64,000 nucleotides of DNA from IMG/VR virus record IMGVR_UViG_3300024496_000011; one strand, 5' to 3'. The number at the start of each line of letters is the position of its first letter. Within the stretch, counting starts at the first letter, position 1. This document shows positions 47,728 through 56,599 of the stretch, piece by piece. The translations under genes and the position numbers were made by a program. The notes under the pieces are model-generated. The model saw only the letters and a list, made by a program, of their open reading frames with translations. It did no database searches and had not been told where the DNA came from. The DNA is from a virus.

Positions 47728-47909
47728 TCAAGGGTATCATTGTAGCAGCGAGGATTGCTCACCACCATGCTGCTGTTTCTTTCGGGATTGTATGCAACAG
47801 CAACATAAAGGTTCTTACCAACCTCCTGAATCCACATTTGATTCACTTTACCTTCCTTCCAGTTGGTAGTGTAGTGAAATACCATCGGTTGCGTGGTTTG
47901 ATTCAACAA
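47676..47909 (-). CDS. Hypothetical early protein (77 aa)
   Basis: ORF track; behind promoter copy J (-10 TATACT 47914-47919, palindrome 47950-47973). Confidence 0.65.
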   Translation of the reverse strand: MLNQTTQPMVFHYTTNWKEGKVNQMWIQEVGKNLYVAVAYNPERNSSMVVSNPRCYNDTLDWVCRWCGTFSILPTAC

Positions 47910-47961
47910 AGTCAGTATAAGCGCATCAGAGGCGATTCTGGTGCGCCTGGTGGACAGTTAA

Positions 47962-48324
47962 TCAGGTGTCACTGTCGGCGCCGCGAGCAAGTTTATTTGC
48001 TCTTTTCTGCTGCGAACGATAATGTGTTGTCATAGCATCAGATCTTGCTTGTGCAGTATCACGATCTGCTACTGTTTTTGTAGTTTTGCGAATCTTATTT
48101 GCTCTTTGACGATCTTTAGCACTTTGAGACTGACTTAGGCGCTCTGCTTTATTCAGTGCCTTTTCTTCACCAGTTTTCTTAGGATACTTGAAATTGCCAG
48201 CATCACGAGCGAATGGAACTTTTGCTTCACAAATGCTCATAAACTCCTCAAAAGTTCTTGGTTTTGGGATGGGTTTGCCAGTGATTCCTACTTCTGTTTG
48301 ATCCTTTGACATCTTAACAAACAC
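47962..48324 (-). CDS. Basic late protein with capsid-targeting-like peptide (RTFEEFMSICE)
   Basis: ORF track; ATAAATA promoter at 48333-48339; K/R/Q-rich C-terminal half. Confidence 0.7.
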   Translation of the reverse strand: MFVKMSKDQTEVGITGKPIPKPRTFEEFMSICEAKVPFARDAGNFKYPKKTGEEKALNKAERLSQSQSAKDRQRANKIRKTTKTVADRDTAQARSDAMTTHYRSQQKRANKLARGADSDT

Positions 48325-48338
48325 TTTTTAGGTATTTA

Positions 48339-49268
48339 TTAAGTCCATTGCTTAGGAAGAGCAAAGTTTTGATGAGAAAACTCATCACGATTTACAATCT
48401 TGTAACTTCCAAACTCATTGTGCATGACATAACCTTCATGATCACTGATTCCACCATCAATTTCACATCGAATGTCAGTGTCACATTCAATGTAAAAGAA
48501 CATGTCCATTTTGATAGACTCAATCAACTTCCACAAACGAAGCAGGTTGATGTCAACATCATAATTTTCTGCAATTTCATGCTCATCCACCTCACTACCC
48601 TCGCGGATGTAGGAATTGATGACTTTTTTGAGTTCTTTTGCTTGTTTATCATTCACAAAGGTGCAAAGAGTGCTCATTTGTTTAGCAAACTTGCAGAAGT
48701 CTTCGATGTCTTCGCGATAAGGACAAATAGATGCTTCTGGTTGCACCCATTTCACATCCAGAGTATCAGCAAACTGTTTGCTGATAGGATATGCAACAGC
48801 ATTGCGAAGATCATCTTCACAATCATACTCAGTGTGAGGGGCAATGATTACACTTTGCTCAATCACCTCAGGGAACTTGTAAGTGATCGTGTTGGGGCAA
48901 TAAGTATCACTCCCAGCAAAACCAATAAAATCACCTTGATAGATATGACTTGTGCGAGGTAGACTATCAAAGCAAGCATGAAGAATAGTCGCAACTTTAC
49001 CTTCATGGTTTTGATCAATTTCTTCATGAGAATGATTGATTTTAATTTTTACTTTGTTGAACACAGATTTGGTGCCAACAAAAAACTTACCGTTAGCAGG
49101 ATTGCGACCCCACACAATAGCAGGAGCGCCATCAATCTTGACACTGACATGAGAATCGGCAGTGAACCAATCAAGAACTGAAAGATCACCAGTCAAGATG
49201 GTATCTTCAGGATGTTCGATGTGCTTGTTTTGCATTGGTGTTTGAGTCACAGGTTGATCATAAAACAA
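48339..49268 (-). CDS. Nucleotidyltransferase/ligase-fold protein (DUF6267-like)
   Basis: HIEHPED; SVKIDG (KxDG motif I), YQGDF (III-like), HEGYV (IV), YKIVNR (V). Confidence 0.7.
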   Translation of the reverse strand: MFYDQPVTQTPMQNKHIEHPEDTILTGDLSVLDWFTADSHVSVKIDGAPAIVWGRNPANGKFFVGTKSVFNKVKIKINHSHEEIDQNHEGKVATILHACFDSLPRTSHIYQGDFIGFAGSDTYCPNTITYKFPEVIEQSVIIAPHTEYDCEDDLRNAVAYPISKQFADTLDVKWVQPEASICPYREDIEDFCKFAKQMSTLCTFVNDKQAKELKKVINSYIREGSEVDEHEIAENYDVDINLLRLWKLIESIKMDMFFYIECDTDIRCEIDGGISDHEGYVMHNEFGSYKIVNRDEFSHQNFALPKQWT

Positions 49269-49304
49269 AAACAGGAACCTTGTGGGTTCCTGCGTGACAG
49301 TTGT

Positions 49305-49517
49305 TTAATTGTCCTCTTTCATCTTATCTTGAGCAGATTTGCTGATTTTGCACACCAAATCATTATCGTAAAAGTATTTTACCCTTTCACGGCGAGCAGC
49401 AATCAACATGTTGTACTCTTCTTGTTGCTGTTTCGTAAAAATAAAATCTTGACGACGCCAAGCATCTTTCAGTTCTTGAAGATGTGGCAGAACATTTACA
49501 GTATCAGTCATAATCAA
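49305..49517 (-). CDS. Hypothetical protein (70 aa)
   Basis: ORF track. Confidence 0.7.
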   Translation of the reverse strand: MIMTDTVNVLPHLQELKDAWRRQDFIFTKQQQEEYNMLIAARRERVKYFYDNDLVCKISKSAQDKMKEDN

Positions 49518-49680
49518 TAATCGTAGTTGGAGTTTAGAAAAGAATTGAAAGACTTTTCCTCATCTTCGACTTCATCAAAGAGTCCATCATAAGATGCTTC
49601 TGCAAAGTCGAAACCATCAGATTCTTCAATTTGGAAATCATCAAAGGTGTTCATGAAGTGCTCCTTGACTGAACAAATGT

Positions 49681-49739
49681 AATTTAACTGATCTTGGTGT
49701 GGAAATCAAGTGTCTTGTGACAGTTTGAGAACTGTCTCA
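49681..49739 (-). promoter_or_regulatory. Early promoter copy F
   Basis: TGTGACAG-TTTGAGAA-CTGTCTCA at 49716-49739; TAAATT -10-like box 29 bp away. Confidence 0.55.
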
Positions 49740-50315
49740 AAGTTTCTTATAAAGTATGATTTTCTTGTTTTCTCCAGTAGGTTTAACAAACTTTTGCTTT
49801 AATTGTTCTCCACTATCCCATTTCATTGAAGATGATTTGTGGGCAGGAAGTCCTGCGGTTTCACCTATAACTTCCCAATTATCTGCTTTATAAACTGCAC
49901 CAGTGTTTCCACCTGCAACAAATGTGAGCAAATGCGATAGATCATCACCATATTTTTCTTTCCATACTTCTTGGCAAGAATTGCGAACAAGTTTCAAAAT
50001 CTGTGTGCCTGCATTGGGTATCTTTCTCTTTAGGCAAAATCTCCAATTATTTGCGAAGTTGTTAAAAACCTTTCGATATTCATCTTTACTGAGATTTACC
50101 TTTTTCAACAAATCTTTCGGTGGTGGATATACTGAAGAACCAAGTCCAATCATGCCAATACACTCAGGAAGTAAACCCTCCTGAGTATAATAAATCAACC
50201 AATCAATCCGTCTACCTACAGATGCTGCAGATGCGACATAACTGTGATAGTTCTCGATGATATTTTTTACTTCTTGCTTTTGTGCTTTTGTTGTAACTAA
50301 CTCAATAGAAAACAT
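49737..50315 (-). CDS. Mom/DUF4338 (DruA)-like GNAT-fold protein, putative DNA base-modifying acyltransferase
   Basis: I.NYHSYV...GRRIDWLIY..CIGMIGLGS; NNWRFCL; W.EKYG..L..LLTFV...TGAVYKADNW..IGETAG. Confidence 0.7.
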   Translation of the reverse strand: MFSIELVTTKAQKQEVKNIIENYHSYVASAASVGRRIDWLIYYTQEGLLPECIGMIGLGSSVYPPPKDLLKKVNLSKDEYRKVFNNFANNWRFCLKRKIPNAGTQILKLVRNSCQEVWKEKYGDDLSHLLTFVAGGNTGAVYKADNWEVIGETAGLPAHKSSSMKWDSGEQLKQKFVKPTGENKKIILYKKL

Positions 50316-50983
50316 TAGAAAGTTTTGTAAATATGAAACATCAATCCATGATAACCAGAGGTATATTTTTTACCCGAACCTTTCATTTGAAGATGAAACA
50401 TTTTATTGCCATTTGAGTCAATAAAATGTAGTGTGGTCTCATTCAATACCCATTGTCCATTATACACCAGTTGCTCAAGATCTTCAACAGAGTACACTTG
50501 AGTATTAGTAGTAGGTTTATCAAACCAAATCAAATAATCAACTGGAGTGTCGCTCATGCCGCGGCGGACAATCACATCGAAGATTTCAAGTTTGTGTTGA
50601 TTGAACCATTCAATCGCCCAATCATTGTATCCATCATCAATTTGACTTTTAGTGAGTCGATGTTGACGACTTTGACCTTTGCTTACATCTTTTCCAGGAA
50701 TACCAAAGAAAGAATCAAACCACAGACGGAGATCTCCAGCAATGTTAAAAAACTCACACCACCTTTCAGTAGAAGTTAGGTGACATTGAGTGTGATTCTT
50801 ACTGACAGATTTGAGACTGTAAGAAACACCAGTTTCGTTGTTAATGATGTCTTGCTTTGTCTTGGGTTTTCCATCAACAACATGACCAGCAGTTTTAGTA
50901 TTCAACCAATCACAAATGCGCTGTTCATTAAGATGACCGATGCGCTTTGCTTCGGTTCCTGCAATGATTTGGGCAGTAGTCAT
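50315..50983 (-). CDS. Type IIP-like restriction endonuclease, HinP1I/MspI-family PD-(D/E)XK fold
   Basis: AKRIGHLNEQRICDW, K.KQDI, YSLKSVS..HTQC, RL...I......IEWF..HK..I.DVIVRRG, LQMKGSG, LMFHI; follows the motif order I recall for HinP1I. Confidence 0.7.
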   Translation of the reverse strand: MTTAQIIAGTEAKRIGHLNEQRICDWLNTKTAGHVVDGKPKTKQDIINNETGVSYSLKSVSKNHTQCHLTSTERWCEFFNIAGDLRLWFDSFFGIPGKDVSKGQSRQHRLTKSQIDDGYNDWAIEWFNQHKLEIFDVIVRRGMSDTPVDYLIWFDKPTTNTQVYSVEDLEQLVYNGQWVLNETTLHFIDSNGNKMFHLQMKGSGKKYTSGYHGLMFHIYKTF

Positions 50984-51008
50984 GAATTAGATGTCAAAAG
51001 TGAATAAT

Positions 51009-51434
51009 TTAGCGACTCATAATTGCTTTGAGTCTTGCCTTCTTTGCTGCAAGTTCAGATTGTGCTCTGCTTTGCATTTCTCCATGAGATTGTCTAATCT
51101 GTTTCCCCTTCCAAGTAGCAGATTGTCTAGCAACTTGTTGGTTATACAAATTAGGTTCCATTGTTGGACTTTGCTCAGTCTGCAACTCTTCCTTTACCTT
51201 CTTCGCTGCTTTTTCTCTACGCTTGAGTTCTCTCTTTACAGCACCACCGCCACTACGATTAACAATGAGTTTTTCTATTTCTTTTTTCTTTGGTTTACCT
51301 GCTGGACCTGAATGTGACTGGAGAGTGTAACTTTTTACTCCATCAACTTCTTTATAAGTTCCAGGAACTGCGTGTGGTGGAGTATTTGGTTTTTTACCTT
51401 CACAAATTTCGTAGAACTCTTTGAATGTCAACAT
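51009..51434 (-). CDS. Basic late protein with capsid-targeting-like N-terminus (MLTFKEFYEICE)
   Basis: ORF track; ATAAATA promoter at 51455-51461; K/R-rich body. Confidence 0.75.
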   Translation of the reverse strand: MLTFKEFYEICEGKKPNTPPHAVPGTYKEVDGVKSYTLQSHSGPAGKPKKKEIEKLIVNRSGGGAVKRELKRREKAAKKVKEELQTEQSPTMEPNLYNQQVARQSATWKGKQIRQSHGEMQSRAQSELAAKKARLKAIMSR

Positions 51435-51463
51435 TTGTCTATTGTTTTTTTGATTATTTATTT

Positions 51464-51757
51464 TTACTCAAACTCAAGAGTCCTATTTGCTTTTTGAAGT
51501 GGGTTCGGAGTTTGATATTCAAATTGTGAGGGAGTTTCAACAAATACTTCGATTTTAGTTTCATCGTTCCAATGTCGAATCACACCAGCACAAATAAAAG
51601 CATTAGTAATCAAATAAGTTGCAAATATAAAAGTGCGAATAATTGCAACCTTATCAGATTCTTTATCACATTTGCTTGCCTTTTCACCCAATGCTTTTGC
51701 CCACCAGCGCCATGCAGTCTTGTTCTTCTTCATGTTTTGATTGTCTTGATTTAACAT
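51464..51757 (-). CDS. Putative membrane protein
   Basis: WRWWAKALGEKA..D.VAIIRTFIF.TYLITN.FI..GVIRHW. Confidence 0.7.
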   Translation of the reverse strand: MLNQDNQNMKKNKTAWRWWAKALGEKASKCDKESDKVAIIRTFIFATYLITNAFICAGVIRHWNDETKIEVFVETPSQFEYQTPNPLQKANRTLEFE

Positions 51758-51959
51758 ACTTCAACTGTTTCCAATCTTCTTTGTAACAAACCACAAGCAA
51801 TCTTTCGTTTGCATGAATAGGGCAAGCATGATAGTTTACTTTATCTTTAGGACGAACAATGTACTCGATAGTAATGTATTCGTCATCCTTAAAATAAACC
51901 CAACCTTCAACACCCTTTGTCCATTCTACATAATCATTGACTTGTGGTTTGTATTTCAT
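51684..51959 (-). CDS. Hypothetical protein (91 aa)
   Basis: Y.PQVNDYV.W....EGWVYF...YITIE. Confidence 0.7.
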   Translation of the reverse strand: MKYKPQVNDYVEWTKGVEGWVYFKDDEYITIEYIVRPKDKVNYHACPIHANERLLVVCYKEDWKQLKYVKSRQSKHEEEQDCMALVGKSIG

Positions 51960-52327
51960 ACAAAGAACGCATCTAGTGGAGATTGTTTAATGGGCATTGC
52001 GGTGTAGTTTCGCGTGTCCGTGATATTTACACGAGCACCGATGGTTTTACTATTGATGGGGGCGAAGTATTCTCTGGTCTTGGACTTGTAGAATCCCCAG
52101 ATGGTTTTTGTTGCAGCACCATTATTGTAATCAAACTTGCGATGGCAATGCAACCATATAGCAATAACTCCGCGCTTAAACTCTTCGAACTCATAAGAAT
52201 ACCCCTTTGGTGGATGATGAGGAAACTCAGCAATCATAGAACTTGTCTCGCGACATGTACTCAATTTGTTTTTGCAGTTGTAAGATTTCGTGTTCTTGTT
52301 CTGCAATTTTACTTTGCAGTTGTTCAA
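51956..52327 (-). CDS. Hypothetical protein (true start probably MIAEFPH)
   Basis: FPHHPPKGYSYE...IWL..TIWGFY..YFAPINSK..G..V.I..TRNYTAM. Confidence 0.7.
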   Translation of the reverse strand: MNNCKVKLQNKNTKSYNCKNKLSTCRETSSMIAEFPHHPPKGYSYEFEEFKRGVIAIWLHCHRKFDYNNGAATKTIWGFYKSKTREYFAPINSKTIGARVNITDTRNYTAMPIKQSPLDAFFV

Positions 52328-52393
52328 TGCGATCTTGATACTGTTTCTTCAAATCAAACACCATTTTATTGGTGTGAGCAACATGGTGAGTCA

Positions 52394-52636
52394 TCAGGTC
52401 GTAAAAGATTCAACTACTACAGATTCTACATCTTCTGCAAGAGCATAAGTCCTTGAGTTTAACACATTTTCGCGAAGAGTAGTGTAATGTTGCTCATAGA
52501 AGTTTCCTTCATCCTCCGCAGCAATTAAATCAAAACATTCATTGTCATCTTTGGCAATTACATTCCAAAGTCCACCGTATTCACTAGATGGAAAAGGAAT
52601 GTAGTGGTCAACGATGTAAAGAAACTTTTGTGTCAT
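52394..52636 (-). CDS. Hypothetical protein (80 aa)
   Basis: YIVDHYIPFPSSEYGGLWNVIA..D.EC. Confidence 0.75.
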   Translation of the reverse strand: MTQKFLYIVDHYIPFPSSEYGGLWNVIAKDDNECFDLIAAEDEGNFYEQHYTTLRENVLNSRTYALAEDVESVVVESFTT

Positions 52637-53031
52637 TTGTCTTTGTAAATTACCTCTTTAGTTTAATGTCATTGAATAGAATTGTCAACATCATCATCGG
52701 AAGCAATCAAAAATGCAAACCCAATGGTAAGTAGAGAACCTAGTCCCATTCCAAGTAGAAAAGTCATCAGTAAAACTCTGCAAGATAATAGTCAACTGTC
52801 ACTTCAAGTTTTGCTGCTTCACGCTCAATTTCTTTCCAAAACTCTTCTGCTACTTTGTCCATTTCTGCTTGTTTAATGAGGTCGCGGAGTCGTTTTGGGA
52901 TCATTTTAGGTGTTGAGTTGCTTGTTGACGATAATATGATTTATACATTGCATCATCACGCTGGATTAGGAAAACATTCCAACCAAGAATAACTGCAAAA
53001 CCAATCAATCCAACAACAATGTACTTTTTGT

Positions 53032-53439
53032 TCATTTGTTCATTTGAAGAGTAGGAACGGGCATACCACCTTCAGTGGGAACATAGATGGTCACATTACC
53101 TTTGTTAGATCCTTCTTCAAGACCAGTAATGTAAAGATACTGAAGATACTCACGATTATCTTTCAGCGAATCACCAATGATTTGGTTTGCCTTGGCAACA
53201 CCAGTGGCACGGATAATTTCAGCATCAGCAAGTTGTTGTGCTGAATCTTTCTTTGCTTGTGCTTCCAAAACAGCAACCTGTCGGGTATATTCTGCTTTTT
53301 GCAGTTCTGCTTTACCAGCAAGAGATTGTTGCCACACATTGTATTGAGGTCCACCAATGAAGATAAGACCACCAATCACTACCACACCTACAGTAATAGC
53401 AGCAACTGCAGGGTCAATAAATCCGTTTTGTTGTTTCAT
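53032..53439 (-). CDS. Membrane-anchored Band7/prohibitin-like small protein
   Basis: N-terminal TM, P.YNVWQQ.LAGKAEL..AE...QVAV.EA.AK, A.G.A.AN.IIG.SL, Y+.YL.I, IY+PTEG.+P. Confidence 0.7.
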   Translation of the reverse strand: MKQQNGFIDPAVAAITVGVVVIGGLIFIGGPQYNVWQQSLAGKAELQKAEYTRQVAVLEAQAKKDSAQQLADAEIIRATGVAKANQIIGDSLKDNREYLQYLYITGLEEGSNKGNVTIYVPTEGGMPVPTLQMNK

Positions 53440-53456
53440 AATAATTTACCTAAGAA

Positions 53457-53876
53457 TTAAACAGCAAGGGCAGCAGAGGGGATTTCAACAACTTCAGGCA
53501 TTTTAGTTCCCCACTGGTGACGATCATAGCATACCCACTCACCTTTCAGAGTGTAGATGTAAGCATACTCTTCACCCTCAGCAAGATACTCATATTTGTT
53601 AGCATCAAGGCGAGGGGGGCAATCTTCACCACGCTCAGAGTAATACTGAGGACCATATTCAGATTTCTTTTCTACACCTTCAGAAGTGCGGAAGTGATCA
53701 TCAGTCCAACAGCAAGACATATCACCACCATCAATCAGTTCGGCAACTTTCTGACGGGTGTTGTAATGGGTACGGAGAATACGACCCAACCATTCAGGAT
53801 AACCATCCCAATGGTGGTAAGCAGAAAGAATAGATCCGTCAGAGAGTTCAAGACCAATTCGTGCTCGGGTTGCCAT
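53457..53876 (-). CDS. Conserved phage hypothetical protein (start corrected to MATRARIG)
   Basis: TRARIG...YHHWDGYPEWLG..L..HY...GGDMS...EEYAY; the ORF-track start lies inside promoter copy G. Confidence 0.8.
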   Translation of the reverse strand: MATRARIGLELSDGSILSAYHHWDGYPEWLGRILRTHYNTRQKVAELIDGGDMSCCWTDDHFRTSEGVEKKSEYGPQYYSERGEDCPPRLDANKYEYLAEGEEYAYIYTLKGEWVCYDRHQWGTKMPEVVEIPSAALAV

Positions 53877-53906
53877 TTGAGAGTTGTCTCCGTTGATTAC
53901 TTTGTA

Positions 53907-53965
53907 AGTATAGGGTCTCCTGCGACCCCTGCGAGCATGTGTGGGACAGTTCCCCAACTGTCCTC
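53907..53965 (-). promoter_or_regulatory. Early promoter copy G
   Basis: -10 TATACT 53907-53912; TGGGACAG-TTCCCCAA-CTGTCCTC 53942-53965. Confidence 0.65.
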
Positions 53966-54800
53966 AGTACAATAAACTCTCTAGTGCATTTGGATTAGAT
54001 TCCACCTTCACTTCTGGATGTTTGATGATAATAAGTTCCGTTTTCTTTCCTCTGCAACTTACATCACCTGCCATCTGATAATCAAACTCCAAATAGCGAA
54101 ACTCTGTCCAATCTTTATAAAGTTCTTTAAGGTAATCTGTGTTGTCATAAGACATCACGAACCCACCTTTATGTTGCTTCAAGACATCAGAAAGTTTATC
54201 GTGATTGAATCCTTCGTGAGTGCTTCCATCAATACCATAATAGTATGATGTAGTTTTATAATAAGGAGGATCCAAATACATAAAATCATTCTGATGCTTT
54301 GGTATTGTATCAAAACAATTTCCAAAAGAAAATGAGAAGTTTGGATTATAGAACCCAATGAGTTTATGAATACCAGAAAGATTTAGATTCTTTCTGGATG
54401 ATTCTGATGTGTGACCAAGATCTCCACTAAAGGCACCTTTGATGCAAATGTAAAATGACCATGCTCGGGTGAACTTATCATCACTCTCTAAAAGAGGAAG
54501 AAAAGACTTATAGTGTTCTCTATCTTTTAGAGGATAATGCTTTGCTGCTTCTTCTCCAATTCTCTTTCCACCTTCTGTGGTTAGAATCTCCCAAAAATCA
54601 GCAAGAGGTTGAAATAAATCATATGCTTGAACTTTTACACCTCTTGCTGCAAGGGCAAGTTCAATACAACCTCCACCCATGAAAGGTGACATCATATATG
54701 TAAGATTAGGATGAATCTCATCAATAATCTTAATGATCTCATCTTTCATAGTGTTTTTACCACCAGCGTAGCGGTATAAACTTGTGGAGGTATATCTCAT
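53964..54800 (-). CDS. dam: Dam-like (D12 class) N6-adenine DNA methyltransferase
   Basis: RYAGGK, motif I SPFMGGG, motif IV YLDPPY, SYDN, KKTEL; target specificity not determinable from sequence reading. Confidence 0.88.
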   Translation of the reverse strand: MRYTSTSLYRYAGGKNTMKDEIIKIIDEIHPNLTYMMSPFMGGGCIELALAARGVKVQAYDLFQPLADFWEILTTEGGKRIGEEAAKHYPLKDREHYKSFLPLLESDDKFTRAWSFYICIKGAFSGDLGHTSESSRKNLNLSGIHKLIGFYNPNFSFSFGNCFDTIPKHQNDFMYLDPPYYKTTSYYYGIDGSTHEGFNHDKLSDVLKQHKGGFVMSYDNTDYLKELYKDWTEFRYLEFDYQMAGDVSCRGKKTELIIIKHPEVKVESNPNALESLLY

Positions 54801-54973
54801 ATTGGTAACTTTGCTACAGATTTTCCTTTCTTATGATCAGCAATATACTTTCGTGCAGATGATTCTGTTCTGCAGATTTTTTCTAATTGCTGACCGTTAT
54901 GGATAATTATATATCCTTTTTTACCAAATGGCACTGCCGCATACTCACCTTTACCTACAATAAATCCCTCCAT
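54797..54973 (-). CDS. Hypothetical protein (58 aa)
   Basis: Hand translation MEGFIVGKGEYAAVPFGKKGYIIIHNGQQLEKICRTESSARKYIADHKKGKSVAKLPI; coupled to both neighbours. Confidence 0.7.
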   Translation of the reverse strand: MEGFIVGKGEYAAVPFGKKGYIIIHNGQQLEKICRTESSARKYIADHKKGKSVAKLPI

Positions 54974-55974
54974 CAGTTAATTTCAACAAGAGATTGAGGA
55001 TCTTCCACACCAATCAGTTGGGGAAGAGCACCTGCAATCGAATATGCAGAAGATTGATTACTCATACGCTTAACAACATATTGAACAACAAGATCATCAA
55101 GTTTTTTGAGATAATCAACTGCGAACTGTCGTTGTTTGGTAACTTCTTCTGCAGTTTCACAACCTTTAGTATAAGTCACAACATCAGTCATCTCAATGTC
55201 CCTTTGGACAAAGTTTTCCATAATTTGGATGAAACCACGCTTCACATACATTACATCTTTACAACAAATCACAACAGGATTTGTAGAAGAATCAGTATCT
55301 ACAATTTCAGCAACTTTAGACTGTGCGTTTTGTGGGTAAGGGAATGGGAGAATGTTGACAGCGATTGTGGTTTGTTGATAGATTCGATTTACGGCATCTT
55401 CAACTTGCTTTGCTGTAAAAGAGTGATCAATACTTTCAATCCAATTTTTGATTTCTTTCTTTGAAAGATTACTACCGTGACGCTTGCAGTAGCACACGCC
55501 ACGATTCACAAAATCATTGATAGTATGTCGCTTTGCAACTGTGTGATTGTTAGAACCAAGAGACACCATATCATAGGCATCTTCAATACGATCTTCCCAA
55601 TCTTTTTTGAGTCGATATACAAGAAAGGGATAATCTTGAATACCAAGTTTATATGCAGCGTTGCTACGATTGTATCCATCCCAAAGTTGCTTTTTACCAT
55701 TGGGAAGAATCATCACAACAGGAGGAAGTTCGGTTACGCGATAACCTTTTTGAAACTCTGCAATGAGACCGTTGATATTATCAGTATCAACACCACCTGC
55801 TCGTGCTTTATTTTTTTGTTGTTGAATTTGAAGTTGATTCCACTTAAGAATTTGAATATCATCAAATTCAGCACATTCAAATTCAGGAATGTCAAGAGAG
55901 TCAAAAGTAGGATTGCTCAGAAGAGCATCCCAAGAAGTCACATTAGACTGGAAAAAAGGAACAATTTGAGTCAT
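54973..55974 (-). CDS. ParB/Srx-like N-terminal domain protein (333 aa)
   Basis: NKAR...I..L...F..GY....PPVV...LWDGYNR..A...G....PF.V pattern. Confidence 0.65.
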   Translation of the reverse strand: MTQIVPFFQSNVTSWDALLSNPTFDSLDIPEFECAEFDDIQILKWNQLQIQQQKNKARAGGVDTDNINGLIAEFQKGYRVTELPPVVMILPNGKKQLWDGYNRSNAAYKLGIQDYPFLVYRLKKDWEDRIEDAYDMVSLGSNNHTVAKRHTINDFVNRGVCYCKRHGSNLSKKEIKNWIESIDHSFTAKQVEDAVNRIYQQTTIAVNILPFPYPQNAQSKVAEIVDTDSSTNPVVICCKDVMYVKRGFIQIMENFVQRDIEMTDVVTYTKGCETAEEVTKQRQFAVDYLKKLDDLVVQYVVKRMSNQSSAYSIAGALPQLIGVEDPQSLVEIN

Positions 55975-56039
55975 AATTAAAAGTTAGCAATTTGCTTTGA
56001 GTGTCGATGCTATGAACAGAAGTTCTGACCAACGAGACA

Positions 56040-56068
56040 AGATTAACAACTTTGGGTGGGGATGTCAA
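56040..56068 (-). promoter_or_regulatory. sigma70-type promoter TTGACA-17-TAATCT for the ParB-like gene
   Basis: tgtcaa 56063-56068, agatta 56040-56045. Confidence 0.6.
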
Positions 56069-56084
56069 GCCCCATTTTGGGATC

Positions 56085-56597
56085 TTAAAAACTCTTTACA
56101 TACTCGTAATCAAACTCTTCTGCTTCTGCAAAGTAGTCTTTTTCATACTGATCCTGGTATCCGTGAAGGAAAAAATGATCCTGATTTGGATTACAACTTC
56201 CAGTAAGAACAGCACCAGTAAACTTAGTGTTGTAGATCATATTTGAAGGAACACAGCACGCTTTCCCAAGTTTTACATCAGTAAAGATAAAGAAATCGGC
56301 AAGTTTTTCGTTGACAGAACTGCTGGCGCGACTATTCTTCAGGATTACACCACGCACTGCCATTTTTGACACATTCTTGAATTGAATGACTTTTGATTCA
56401 TAAGTGCATCCATCAGTGCCAATCAAATCTACTCCAGGTAGATTAACTCTCTTGAGTTGTCCTTTGCTATAAACATCATATGCAATCTCCACAAGTTCCC
56501 CTGCTTTGGGAAAGCGAAGATTATTTGTGGTATAGTCTCTCAAACTCCACAAGAGTTTAGAAAGGCGATCTAGTTCAAATGTGTTGAAATCAATCAT
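56085..56597 (-). CDS. Putative PD-(D/E)XK nuclease (170 aa)
   Basis: GELVE...PGVDLIGTDGCTYESK motif; K..DFFIF.D. Confidence 0.5.
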   Translation of the reverse strand: MIDFNTFELDRLSKLLWSLRDYTTNNLRFPKAGELVEIAYDVYSKGQLKRVNLPGVDLIGTDGCTYESKVIQFKNVSKMAVRGVILKNSRASSSVNEKLADFFIFTDVKLGKACCVPSNMIYNTKFTGAVLTGSCNPNQDHFFLHGYQDQYEKDYFAEAEEFDYEYVKSF

Positions 56598-56599
56598 AA

